From Cyanobacteriota bacterium (GTDB lineage Bacteria; Cyanobacteriota; Cyanobacteriia; Cyanobacteriales; Nostocaceae): a stretch of 64,000 nt of DNA. Below the pieces are notes generated by a model that ran no database searches, had not been told where the DNA came from, and was given only the letters and a program-made list of their open reading frames with translations. Numbering within the stretch: position 1 is the stretch's first letter; each line of letters starts with the position of its first letter. Where the stretch lies: contig JBJOKS010000001.1 in the NCBI GenBank assembly GCA_046045965.1, positions 64,001 through 128,000 on the forward strand, written 5' to 3'. Both the position numbers and the translations under genes were made by a program. This document shows positions 52,798 through 62,703 of the stretch, in pieces.

Positions 52798-53604
52798 ATG
52801 TTAAAAATCAGAACCTTTTTTATTGCTCTCGCTTTCGCGCCTTTAATTTCACTTACTTGGCAGTTAACGAATCAAGCCCAAACTAATTCACCAAGTAGAG
52901 GTACAGCGGGATCTGCCAGTGGCGGCGGATCTACAGGTTCTGGTGGCACAGTTTTTACATCACCAAGTAGAGGTACAGCGGGATCTGCCAGTGGTGGTGG
53001 AAATACAGGCTCAAATAATAACCCTGTTTCATCACCAAGTAGAGGTACAGCGGGATCTGCCAGTGGCGGTGGAAATACAGGCTCAAATAATACAGAACCT
53101 GAATCACCTAATATCAGTGTTACACGAGAACCAAATGGCTCTCTACGTATTACGCTGCCACCTGTGGTTGTACAGCAACTGAATACTGCTGCTGCTGGTA
53201 TACTTGCTAGTGATAGTCGTAGTATATTTTCACCTGCTAACGCCGCTTCATTGACCGCATCCTTAACTTCAAATGGGCTGCCTCCACAATTAGCACAAGC
53301 ATTAACAGGTGCTGTATCTAATATTTTGATCCAGTCCCGTCCTTCTACTACACCCAGTTTTCCTTCAGTTCAGTTACCACAAGAACGGCTAGTAGCCAGC
53401 ATTAAAGCTTCAAAAGCTGGTTTAACCATCGCTGAAACTAATGAAGCAGTAACTGTGAACGTTGACAAACTCAACGAATCTATTAATATCTACAACAAGA
53501 TTGTACTAGAAACCGATCCAGCAACTCTTCAAAAGCTTTCACGCAACTCAAACTTTGTGGCAATTGGTAAGGCTCTCAACACATTGAGGGCGACAATTAA
53601 GTAG
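52798..53604 (+). CDS. Secreted Ser/Gly-rich repeat protein
   Basis: Signal peptide (AQ..), three SPSRGTAGSASGGG repeats. Confidence 0.78.
   Translation: MLKIRTFFIALAFAPLISLTWQLTNQAQTNSPSRGTAGSASGGGSTGSGGTVFTSPSRGTAGSASGGGNTGSNNNPVSSPSRGTAGSASGGGNTGSNNTEPESPNISVTREPNGSLRITLPPVVVQQLNTAAAGILASDSRSIFSPANAASLTASLTSNGLPPQLAQALTGAVSNILIQSRPSTTPSFPSVQLPQERLVASIKASKAGLTIAETNEAVTVNVDKLNESINIYNKIVLETDPATLQKLSRNSNFVAIGKALNTLRATIK
52888..53091 (+). repeat. Intragenic 72-bp tandem repeat x3
   Basis: TCACCAAGTAGAGGTACAGCGGGATCTGCCAGTGG at 52888, 52960 and 53032. Confidence 0.9.
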
Positions 53605-53694
53605 TATTTTTTTCACGTCTGTAGGGTAAATTAGGGGTTACTCTGTCCCTAACTCACCCTACTAGACCTCTTGCATTCCCATGCTTTCTTCTTC

Positions 53695-55095
53695 CTAAGT
53701 AACCAACCCTTCCAACACCTGCTGCAAATCATTTGTTAACTCAGCCACTCCTTGTCTGGCACTCACTCGACTAGCTTTATAAGTGGGATAACGTTCAGAA
53801 ACAGATATAGGCTTACCTACAGTAATTTTGACCTTTTGTTTACCCAACTCTGGACGATTTAAAGGATTATTACCTTGAATTTTATTTACCATATCCCATA
53901 AAAGTAAAGTTGTTTCTGCAAATCTTTCTACTGTTGGTTTTTCGCGGATATAAGTACCAGAAACAGCTACAAAACTTTCTACTAATCTCATGTGCCACAT
54001 CCGAAAATATGCTTCTTCGGCGATTCTATCACCTAAATTTTTCTCGATGCTCGATAATGTTTTAATATCTTTAAACTCTTCTCTAAATATATAATTCCAT
54101 CCTGCCTGTTCTACCCGTCTACATCGATCATTCCAATTACCTCTAGATGGTAAATCAAAATATTGTTCAGCAATGAATAAGGCTGCATTCATCACAGCTT
54201 GTAACCGATAAGCTAAGGCTTCATTTCTGTCTTTAATTTCCCCATTAGCAATCTTTTCATCTGGCAATGTTTGATGATAGAATCGGGTGTAGAATTTCTC
54301 CATTATAGATAATAAATGTTCTGCCAAAGTCAATAAACGGCTATAAAGCACCTCAAAAGAAGTGGCATTACTGGCTGATTGAAAATGCAAACCACTGGTG
54401 GTTTCTAATTTAGTTAATAAATTAGCGATCGCTCCCCAAGGTTCATCAACATAACTATATTTCAGTCCAATAGGTACAATAAAAACATCCTCATTTCTGC
54501 CCGCTTTTTGCAAATCTTCCGCACACCAAAAACCCATTTGTGCAATACCTGGTTCTAAAGGGCTAATTATCTCAGATAACCCATTAGTTGCACCTTCTGG
54601 AGCCGCAGCCATTGGGAATTTACCATTAATATACAAATCCCGTACAGAACGCAACCCCATCCAGTCAGCTTTCCCCCTCTGAATAGGAGTACCACCTAAG
54701 TTAGAAGCAAGCCAACCTATATGTTTACCTGCCCAGAGAGGAATACCCCGATCATAGATAAAATGGGCATGAATTGGCTGCTGTATAGCTATATTTTGCT
54801 GTTTTGCCACCTTTGGCACAAGTTGAGAAAACAAGTAAGTTAAACAAAGAGGATCTTCTGTTTTTGGATGACGAAACGCCAACATAAACCGGATCTTACC
54901 AGCTTGAAACTGACGATAAAGATCCGCCAAAACTTCCACATTTTCTGCTTCAATTTGGCTAATGGGAGTTTTCCAGCTGATCCAGTTGGGTAAGAACAGA
55001 TGCACAAATCTTAACAACAACGGGTTAAATGCTGGGGGGATAAATTCTAGGGGTGGTTGTGCCTGATACATGAAATATGAAAAGATAGAGGACAA
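53695..55095 (-). CDS. PlsC-like glycerolipid acyltransferase
   Basis: FRHPKTED (HxxxxD) and APEG motifs. Confidence 0.8.
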   Translation of the reverse strand: MSSIFSYFMYQAQPPLEFIPPAFNPLLLRFVHLFLPNWISWKTPISQIEAENVEVLADLYRQFQAGKIRFMLAFRHPKTEDPLCLTYLFSQLVPKVAKQQNIAIQQPIHAHFIYDRGIPLWAGKHIGWLASNLGGTPIQRGKADWMGLRSVRDLYINGKFPMAAAPEGATNGLSEIISPLEPGIAQMGFWCAEDLQKAGRNEDVFIVPIGLKYSYVDEPWGAIANLLTKLETTSGLHFQSASNATSFEVLYSRLLTLAEHLLSIMEKFYTRFYHQTLPDEKIANGEIKDRNEALAYRLQAVMNAALFIAEQYFDLPSRGNWNDRCRRVEQAGWNYIFREEFKDIKTLSSIEKNLGDRIAEEAYFRMWHMRLVESFVAVSGTYIREKPTVERFAETTLLLWDMVNKIQGNNPLNRPELGKQKVKITVGKPISVSERYPTYKASRVSARQGVAELTNDLQQVLEGLVT

Positions 55096-55343
55096 ATAAA
55101 TTCAAAATTATCAAAATTCAAAACTTTGGTGCTGTTGATACCTTACTCATAGAACCTTTACCTCACCAAATTACCGCAGTTGATGGAGAAATACTACCAC
55201 GCCAATCACAGCCTTTTTTCCTTACCTTCTCCTTCTGATAGCGTAGCTTCAGCCATACTCCTGTAACTTCTAACTGATAACAAGCGATCGCAAATGGCAC
55301 AATTGCGGGAAACTGAGAAAAGAGATCAAGAAAGGAGAACTCT

Positions 55344-55697
55344 ATGGCCTGGACAAAAATTCTCGAAGCCAAAGCCCTATCCCCTGGTGCGCGAGAAGTG
55401 GTGAAAGTAGGTAACAGAAACATTTTAGTGTTAAACCACGAAAATCAGTTTTATGCTGTGGAAAATAGCTGTCCTCACCTCAAATTACCCATGAAATCCG
55501 GTAAAATTAAAGACGGAGCCATTGTTTGCTCTTTCCATCGCAGTGCTTTTGACTTGAATACAGGTGAAGTAAAAACTTGGTGTCCCTGGCCACCTGGAGT
55601 TGGTAAATTACTATCAATGGTATCCGAAGCCAAAACCCTGCCAGCATTTCCTGTCCGTGTGGAAGATGGCAATATTTTGATTAACGTGCCAGAGTAA
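55344..55697 (+). CDS. Rieske (2Fe-2S) protein
   Basis: CPH...CSFHRSAFDL.TG. Confidence 0.88.
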   Translation: MAWTKILEAKALSPGAREVVKVGNRNILVLNHENQFYAVENSCPHLKLPMKSGKIKDGAIVCSFHRSAFDLNTGEVKTWCPWPPGVGKLLSMVSEAKTLPAFPVRVEDGNILINVPE

Positions 55698-55708
55698 ACA
55701 TACCTATC

Positions 55709-55741
55709 AGATCCCCGAATTCTTAAATAAGTTGGGGATCT
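55709..55741. repeat. Palindromic dispersed repeat / possible terminator
   Basis: AGATCCCCGA...TTGGGGATCT; related to 4471-4501. Confidence 0.6.
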
Positions 55742-55890
55742 TGAGGAATAATAGAAATATTCAACCTATCCCCTGCCTCAACAAATATGAAACTGCAACA
55801 AACGGACATAACATGATATGAACTACTACGTAATTTATTTGTAGAAGATTATTATAGGATGGACGGAGTGTTACAAAATGTGGGGCTATT

Positions 55891-56238
55891 ATGGCTCGCT
55901 ATACCTGTTCTTTTGTTGTTTCTGTTCCCATTGACCATCTGCAACCATTACTGATAGAACTACTACAGTATTGTGGTTTGGAAGTTCAATACTACACAGC
56001 AGACTATATTATGGCTCGTGAAATTCCCGGTAATGTATCCTTCTCGAAGTTAGTTTCTGTGGAAGTGCTGATTGATAAAACCAATGCTACGGAAACGGAA
56101 ACGCGGATGAGTATTGTCATCAAAAATGAGGAATTACCACTCAAATTAGATAATCACTGCCGACAAGTCTTTGATTTTGTCCGCCAGGAAATTGAACATA
56201 GTCGAAATTGGCATTTAATTGAAAGTATAGCAGGTTGA
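55891..56238 (+). CDS. Conserved cyanobacterial hypothetical protein
   Basis: MARYTC...KNEELPL..DNHC motif. Confidence 0.75.
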   Translation: MARYTCSFVVSVPIDHLQPLLIELLQYCGLEVQYYTADYIMAREIPGNVSFSKLVSVEVLIDKTNATETETRMSIVIKNEELPLKLDNHCRQVFDFVRQEIEHSRNWHLIESIAG

Positions 56239-56340
56239 CTCTCTCCCGACTGGAAAAACAAGCAATAGCAAAATTTTTATCAAGTCGGGATATTTTTGCT
56301 GGTATCAGTTGACTGAAACTGGATTTTCAAAATATCCTGG

Positions 56341-57039
56341 CTAAGATTTATCACCAAACAAACCCAACAATGGACCAAGAATAGCCCCAAAAATAAAACC
56401 ACCTGCGTGCGCCCAGTAAGCAATACCGCCACCTTCCATGCCAATATTAGTAGGTGCTTCTAAACTGGCTATTCCGTAAAAAGCTTGTTGGATAAACCAA
56501 AATCCTAAAAAGAAATATGCAGGTACTCGGAAAGTCGGGAAGAAAATACCCAAAGGCAGTACAGCGAGAATTTCTGCTTGGGGAAAACGGAGAATGTATG
56601 CACCCATCACCCCGGCAATAGCTCCACTTGCACCCAAGGAAGGAACGTTAGAATTTTGAGCAAAGTACCATTGGGTTAAAGATGCCAAAACACCGCAAGA
56701 TAAATAGAAGACTAAATATTTAAAATGACCTAATTTATCTTCTACATTGTTACCAAAAACCCAGAGAAACAACATATTTCCAGCTAGATGCAAAAAACCA
56801 CCGTGGAGAAATTGGGCAGTAATTAAAGTTGCCCATTCTGGAACTGGTTGATGTACAGGAATACCTGCAAAGCTTAACGAAAGTTCTCTAGGAACTACAG
56901 CCGCTAAATGTAGAAACTCATTTAATGCTTGAGGAGGAAGACTTGCTGCATATAGAAAAGCGAGGATATTGGCAATAATTAACCCATAAGTCACATAAGG
57001 CGTAATTTCTGTAGGATTATTGTCTTTTAGGGGAACCAC
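56341..57039 (-). CDS. Rhomboid intramembrane serine protease
   Basis: HGGFLHLAGNM, GASGA and AHAGG. Confidence 0.92.
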   Translation of the reverse strand: MVPLKDNNPTEITPYVTYGLIIANILAFLYAASLPPQALNEFLHLAAVVPRELSLSFAGIPVHQPVPEWATLITAQFLHGGFLHLAGNMLFLWVFGNNVEDKLGHFKYLVFYLSCGVLASLTQWYFAQNSNVPSLGASGAIAGVMGAYILRFPQAEILAVLPLGIFFPTFRVPAYFFLGFWFIQQAFYGIASLEAPTNIGMEGGGIAYWAHAGGFIFGAILGPLLGLFGDKS

Positions 57040-57071
57040 TGAATTTATTCCTTATTTTTGAGCAACTATAG

Positions 57072-57098
57072 CAGGAGTCAGGAGTCAGGAGTCAGGAG
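57072..57098. repeat. STRR repeat (CAGGAGT)n
   Basis: Direct reading. Confidence 0.85.
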
Positions 57099-57314
57099 TA
57101 AAACCCTCTTGTAGTGGAAGTTTCATTATCAATTGATGTCCTAACCCACATTCCGCAGCTATAGCTTTAAGATAACGAATTTTCTCAGTAATTTCTTCTG
57201 CCAAGTGGATGGAACTTTAAATCTTCTACAGTTTTATCACATTCTACTTAATAGGGTTTATACTATATTAATCTGGATACTTTCCTCTATAGGGTTTGTA
57301 GGTGAAATTGAACT

Positions 57315-59369
57315 ATGCAGCTAGGTGGACGTTACGAAATTATTGAAGTATTAGGAAATGGTGGTTTTGGCATTACCCACAAAGCTACAGATACCCAAAA
57401 ACCCAGTAAACCTATATGTGTGGTGAAGGAACTTTTACCTCAACACCATAATACCTTCGCCGCCAATTTCTTTGAAAAGGAAGCGAGAATTTTGGAAGTC
57501 CTGGGTACACATTCCCAAATTCCTCACTTATTAGCCTACTTTGAGGAAAACCAAAAATTTTACATTGTGCAAGAATTTATTCAAGGACAGTGTTTAGATA
57601 AAGAAATTATTCCTGGTAAGCGACTCAGTGAAGGTTATGTTGCTAAATTATTGCAAGATGTTTTAGAAGTTTTAGCTTTTGTTCACCAGCAACAGGTTAT
57701 TCACCGAGATATCAAACCGCAAAATCTCATCCGCAGACAGCAAGATGGGAAAGTTTGTTTAATTGACTTTGGCATAGTCAAAGAAATTGCTTCGCAAATA
57801 ATAGATAGTCGTGGTAGTATGCAGACTTCAATTATGGCAGGTACTCTTGGTTATATGCCAGCAGAACAAGTCAGAGGTAAACCTGTTTTTGCTAGTGATA
57901 TTTATGCTTTAGGAATAACTGCTATTCAAGCTTTAACAGGTTTGCGATCGCAAGACCTAGAAGAAGATCCACAAACAGCAGAGTTATTATGGCAAAAACA
58001 AGCCCAGGTAAATGATAATTTAGCGGCATTTATCACAAAAATGGTGCGTCGTCACCATAGTTTACGTTATCAAAATGCTCAAGTAGCTTTAGAGGATTTT
58101 AAAAAATTAACTGCTTCTCTACCTACAGCTATTTTAGGCTCTTCATCTGTCACCCCTTCTGCTAGAGATATATATTATCAGGAAGCTGCTAATCTAGCTC
58201 AAAAATGTAAGGGACAATTTTCTCCTGTAATGTTGAAAGTATTGGAAACAAAAAGACTCGATTTAGGTTTATCTGAACAAGAAGCAAAGGAAATTAAACA
58301 AGCAGTTTTAAAACTATATGATCCCCATCAACAGCAGCCGCAAAATACAGCACAAAAACCGCATCAAAATCAACCAGTAAGCACCACAATATCCGCTAAA
58401 ACACCTGTTAATAGAAAAAACCATAGATTGCAATTTCCACAAACATCAGCACCAGAAAACCAATCAGTTTCTCAACCACAAACATCATCTATTATTAAGA
58501 CTCAAACCTTTGAGTTTGAAACAGCACAATTGGTTTTAAAACCAGGATTTTTGGGTTTGGGAAAAACTTGGGAAATTCAACGCAGCCAAAAAACAGCACA
58601 GTTGTTTTTAGAACAATTAAAAAATGGCATAGTTTTAGAATTAGTTGCCATTCCTAGTGGTAATTTTTTAATGGGTTCAGCAAACAATGAAATAGAAGGC
58701 ACGGATAGCGGAAGTCCTCAACATCAAGTTACTATTCAACCTTTTTTGCTAGGCAAATATCCTGTTACTCAAGCACAATGGCAAGCTGTTTCTAAATTAC
58801 CAAAGATTAAAACTGATTTGTATCCAGATCCATCCCATTTTAAAGGAGCTAACCGACCTGTAGAACAGGTATCATGGCATGATACACAGGAATTTTGCGC
58901 CAGATTATCACGAGAAACAGGTAAATTATATCGTTTACCTAGTGAATCTGAATGGGAATATGCTTGTCGTGCAGGAACAACTACACCTTTTTATTTTGGT
59001 GATACTATTAACACGGATTTAGCCAATTACAATGGTGAATATATTTATGCTAATGGTTCAAAAGGAATTTACCGCAAGGAAACAACAAATGTCGGAACTT
59101 TTCCAGCAAATGCTTTTGGTTTATATGATATGCACGGGTTAGTTTGGGAATGGTGCGAAGATGGCTGGTATGATAATTATATAGGTGCGCCAGCTGATGG
59201 TAGTGCGTGGTTAACTGGCAGTAATAATAACCCTCGTCGCGTGTTGCGTGGTGGTTCTTGGTCCTATCGTCCAGTTTATTGTCGTTCTGCCTATCGTGTC
59301 AATTACCCCGCAGTTAGTAGAGACTTTAACCACGGTTTTCGTGTTGCTTGTTCTGCTAATTGGAATTAA
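57315..59369 (+). CDS. Ser/Thr kinase with C-terminal FGE-sulfatase (CLec-fold) domain
   Basis: GNGGFG, HRDIKPQN, DFG; RLPSESEWEYACRAG, NAFGLYDMHG, RGGSW and GFRV. Confidence 0.92.
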   Translation: MQLGGRYEIIEVLGNGGFGITHKATDTQKPSKPICVVKELLPQHHNTFAANFFEKEARILEVLGTHSQIPHLLAYFEENQKFYIVQEFIQGQCLDKEIIPGKRLSEGYVAKLLQDVLEVLAFVHQQQVIHRDIKPQNLIRRQQDGKVCLIDFGIVKEIASQIIDSRGSMQTSIMAGTLGYMPAEQVRGKPVFASDIYALGITAIQALTGLRSQDLEEDPQTAELLWQKQAQVNDNLAAFITKMVRRHHSLRYQNAQVALEDFKKLTASLPTAILGSSSVTPSARDIYYQEAANLAQKCKGQFSPVMLKVLETKRLDLGLSEQEAKEIKQAVLKLYDPHQQQPQNTAQKPHQNQPVSTTISAKTPVNRKNHRLQFPQTSAPENQSVSQPQTSSIIKTQTFEFETAQLVLKPGFLGLGKTWEIQRSQKTAQLFLEQLKNGIVLELVAIPSGNFLMGSANNEIEGTDSGSPQHQVTIQPFLLGKYPVTQAQWQAVSKLPKIKTDLYPDPSHFKGANRPVEQVSWHDTQEFCARLSRETGKLYRLPSESEWEYACRAGTTTPFYFGDTINTDLANYNGEYIYANGSKGIYRKETTNVGTFPANAFGLYDMHGLVWEWCEDGWYDNYIGAPADGSAWLTGSNNNPRRVLRGGSWSYRPVYCRSAYRVNYPAVSRDFNHGFRVACSANWN

Positions 59370-59410
59370 GAATAATGCGGGTGACAGGAGTTACTTGATT
59401 AATATTGTCC

Positions 59411-60043
59411 ATGACAAAATCTATGTTTTTTACCAATTCTTTAGAAAATCAACTGCAACGTTGGAACGAAACAATTATTAAACAACCAAATAACCCTAAT
59501 GTTTACATTCGTCGGGGGATGGTTTATTTTCAATTGGGGAAAATTGAGGAATCAATTATAGATTTTGACACCGCAGAAAAATTAGATGATCGAATTACTC
59601 CCTATTTGTGGCAAAGGGGTTTATCTTATTATTATGCAGCGCGATTTGCTGAGGGTGCTAAACAGTTTGAAATTGATTTAACTGTCAATGCACAGGATGT
59701 AGAAGAAACCGTTTGGAGATATCTTTGTATAGCGCGTTTATCTGGTGTAACAGAAGCGCGTAATTCTTTGTTACCTGTGAAAAATGATCCCAGGAAAATC
59801 ATGCGGTCTGTATATGATTTATTTGCAGGAAATTGTACAACTGATGATGTTTTGAATGTTGGTAAATTTGAAGGTTTAAAAGGAAATTTTTACAGTCATC
59901 TTTATTTGGGTTTGTATTACGAAGCTGAGGGTAATTTGGAGTTAGCACAAGAGTATATTGTCAAAGCTGCGGATAATTTTAAAATTGATGATTATATGTG
60001 GTATTTAGCGGTGGTGCATAAACAGGTGAGAGGGTGGGTTTGA
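59411..60043 (+). CDS. TPR protein (NlpI-like)
   Basis: RRGMVYFQLG, YLWQRGLSYY and HLYLGLYYEA. Confidence 0.8.
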   Translation: MTKSMFFTNSLENQLQRWNETIIKQPNNPNVYIRRGMVYFQLGKIEESIIDFDTAEKLDDRITPYLWQRGLSYYYAARFAEGAKQFEIDLTVNAQDVEETVWRYLCIARLSGVTEARNSLLPVKNDPRKIMRSVYDLFAGNCTTDDVLNVGKFEGLKGNFYSHLYLGLYYEAEGNLELAQEYIVKAADNFKIDDYMWYLAVVHKQVRGWV

Positions 60044-60075
60044 TTTGTGTTAATCAAAACTCGCAAATTTACTGT

Positions 60076-60732
60076 TTATAAATAAAAATTTTCTAAAAAA
60101 TAAATGATGGTAGCGCAAAATGGTTTGTATCTACCATCATCATCTAATTCTAAATAGTCCTTAATAATATTCTTAATTTCCTCTTCATTAAAATCCTCAT
60201 CTGCTAATAATTCTAATTCTGCATCAATAGCAGCTTGACGCATTCTTTGTAACTTAGGAATATTCAAGGCTAAATTTTCTATTGTTGTTTCAGCAGCAAG
60301 TTTTTTACTGGTTTCTTCTGTAGGTAAAATTTCCCCCGCAGCAGAATATCTAAAAAACTCCGTACAATTTTCTATTAATGGAGAAACTAACAAATTTTCA
60401 TCGTACCAATTATCTTTTTTATGTCCACAATGTACGGGAATTTTTGGTTGAGTTTCATCTTCTCCTTGACAGGAAACCATCAGATTAAAATAATCAAATC
60501 TCACAGTTTCATCTGTACCTTGAGGTTTAAAATGTTCAATATGACAACTTCCTTTATCTATAGCAACACCACAGTAACAACAAATATAACCCTGTTCTTT
60601 TAATAAAGTCTCTAAAAGCTGATCTTTAACTACCGTTCTTCTAAAACTTTTCCAACTAGGAATTTTATCACCTTGTTTAATTTTCCACGCAGATAAACTA
60701 TTAAGTTCGACACCCTTTTGAATATATTTCAT
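60076..60732 (-). CDS. HNH endonuclease, PtuB/TIGR02646-like
   Basis: EQGYICCYCG, HIEHFKP and NL..SC...HCGHKK; 4-nt overlap with the ATPase gene. Confidence 0.85.
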   Translation of the reverse strand: MKYIQKGVELNSLSAWKIKQGDKIPSWKSFRRTVVKDQLLETLLKEQGYICCYCGVAIDKGSCHIEHFKPQGTDETVRFDYFNLMVSCQGEDETQPKIPVHCGHKKDNWYDENLLVSPLIENCTEFFRYSAAGEILPTEETSKKLAAETTIENLALNIPKLQRMRQAAIDAELELLADEDFNEEEIKNIIKDYLELDDDGRYKPFCATIIYFLENFYL

Positions 60733-61979
60733 TTACGCGAAAGTCCTTTTCTCCTCATTAAAATATCTGCTTTGACAAACTGCGCTTCATCTTCACCAAT
60801 TTTTGCTGCTAATTCTTGTCGTAATTGTTTAGCAGCGTCTAAATTTCCTGCATCAATTAAACGAAATAATCTTAAAAGTTCCTGTTTTATTTCCTGTGGA
60901 CGTTCAGGAACATTCATTAAATCTTCTAAAATTTGATTACTATCTCGACCATAGGAACTTTCAGGACGTTTAGCAATTATACCATCATTGGTTTTTTCTA
61001 AAATGTAAATTCCTTGGGGTTTAACTTGACTAATTACTTGTGGTGAATGGGTAGTAACTATAAACTGACAATGGGAAAAAGTTCTAGTTAAAGCTGGGAT
61101 AATTTCTCTTTGCCATTTTGGATGTAAATGTAATTCAATTTCATCAATTAAAACTACTCCATAACCATCTAGAGGATTTTCTAAACCAGGGTTAGCAATA
61201 GCTAATCTTCTCGCTAAATCTCCTACCATTGCTAATAAGCATTTTTCCCCATCTGATAATTGATTAACTATTAATTCTTCACCATCTTTTTCTACTGTCA
61301 TTCTTAAAGGAGAACGACGAACACGCAGTTTTTTAAAATTAGGAATTAGTGAAGATATTGCTTGTCTAACAGCTTCTAATTCTTTATCTTTATAATCATG
61401 TAAATCTCGGAGTGTTTCGCTTTCTATATCTTCTCGATTTCTAAACCATTGGAAAAATTTAGAAAAACTAATTTTTACACCTATTAAGGATTCTTCATAA
61501 GCGTCTATTTGTTTAAATTCTGACTTGTGAGGAACTTCTAAATCAATATCAATAACTGCTCGATTAGTAGGATAATAAACTATTAGGGGTATGTTATACA
61601 AAATATTACTATACCAATTTCTCCAAATAGCATTACAAGCTGCTCTTATTTTTTCATGTCCTGATTCTTCAGATATTCCATGACGATTTCTAAAAATTGT
61701 CCAATTATTTTCACCGGGAGATAATATTGTAATATCTAATATTGTGCCATTACTTTTATTAGAAATATCCAGTTCATTAAATACTTTTACTTCTTGAGTA
61801 TCAGCAACCCCTCCTATCCATTCCATATAACGAGAAAGCAATAAACAAAGAGCATCAAGAATACTTGATTTACCCACACCATTAATACCAATAAATACTG
61901 TAGGTTCTATTTCATCAAAGTCTATTATTAAATTATCAATTCCGCGAAAAAATTGTATTTTTAGCTGCTTAATTCTCAT
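60729..61979 (-). CDS. ABC/AAA ATPase, PtuA-like (Septu)
   Basis: GINGVGKS, LSDGEK, LIDEIELHLHPKWQ and TTHSP. Confidence 0.87.
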   Translation of the reverse strand: MRIKQLKIQFFRGIDNLIIDFDEIEPTVFIGINGVGKSSILDALCLLLSRYMEWIGGVADTQEVKVFNELDISNKSNGTILDITILSPGENNWTIFRNRHGISEESGHEKIRAACNAIWRNWYSNILYNIPLIVYYPTNRAVIDIDLEVPHKSEFKQIDAYEESLIGVKISFSKFFQWFRNREDIESETLRDLHDYKDKELEAVRQAISSLIPNFKKLRVRRSPLRMTVEKDGEELIVNQLSDGEKCLLAMVGDLARRLAIANPGLENPLDGYGVVLIDEIELHLHPKWQREIIPALTRTFSHCQFIVTTHSPQVISQVKPQGIYILEKTNDGIIAKRPESSYGRDSNQILEDLMNVPERPQEIKQELLRLFRLIDAGNLDAAKQLRQELAAKIGEDEAQFVKADILMRRKGLSRK

Positions 61980-62067
61980 AATTCCTATAGTTTTACTATG
62001 CTGTAAACCTTCCCTCTTTCTCTCTGCGTCCTCTGCGTCTCTGCGGTTCGTTCAAAAAAATCCATAA

Positions 62068-62124
62068 TCACCTACCCAACATTTTATCCCTTAAATGTTT
62101 AATGCGATCGCCAATTTTCACCGC
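62068..62124 (-). repeat. Relic duplicate of the uvrB 3' end
   Basis: Encodes [18 protein letters not shown] versus Uvr[19 protein letters not shown]; 25 bp identical. Confidence 0.8.
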
Positions 62125-62126
62125 CT

Positions 62127-62687
62127 TTAAACCTTCCTCAAAAAATCCATAATTGTAATTTCACACTCAGGAAAAGCTAAAGGTGATATAGTTAAATTTT
62201 CCCCTAAAATACTTTCACTTTGATAACCTGCGATACTCGGATCATGATAAACACATAACTTACGTCCATTAACGTCTAAAACCCAATAATCAATAATACC
62301 CGACTTAGCATAAGCTAAACTTTTAACTTCCCGGTCATATTTCAAACTAGAATCAGCAACTTCAATCACTAAAAACACTTCCGATGGTTGAGGATGATGA
62401 TCTTCATAATCTAAAACATTCGTTTTCACAACCGCAACATCTGGTTCAGGTTCAGAAAAATCATCAAGAGTAATAGGTGATTGAGTCCTAATTAAAACCT
62501 GATCACCCAAACGTTGATTTAAAATTCTTTGTATTCTAGTAATAGCTGCTTCGTGTGCAGTTCCTTTAGCTGCCATTTTAAGAATTTGTCCTGATAGTAA
62601 CTCTAGACGTTCTTCCGGGTGAAAAATCCCCATTTCCACCATTCTATGGTATTCTGTAACACTAATTTGGCGAATGTTAGTTAACAT
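62127..62687 (-). CDS. Uma2-family endonuclease
   Basis: SEPEPDVAV, IEVADSSLKYDR.VK..YA..GI.DYW. Confidence 0.9.
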   Translation of the reverse strand: MLTNIRQISVTEYHRMVEMGIFHPEERLELLSGQILKMAAKGTAHEAAITRIQRILNQRLGDQVLIRTQSPITLDDFSEPEPDVAVVKTNVLDYEDHHPQPSEVFLVIEVADSSLKYDREVKSLAYAKSGIIDYWVLDVNGRKLCVYHDPSIAGYQSESILGENLTISPLAFPECEITIMDFLRKV

Positions 62688-62703
62688 AAAAATTCCTTTA
62701 TTA

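Noticed and set aside
52888..53091. Regularly spaced ~35-bp repeats resembling a CRISPR array
   Set aside because: In-frame coding repeats with mutually similar 'spacers' and no cas genes
61980..62126. Retron ncRNA upstream of PtuA
   Set aside because: No RT in the window; the spacer is explained by a CTCTGCG dispersed repeat and the uvrB relic
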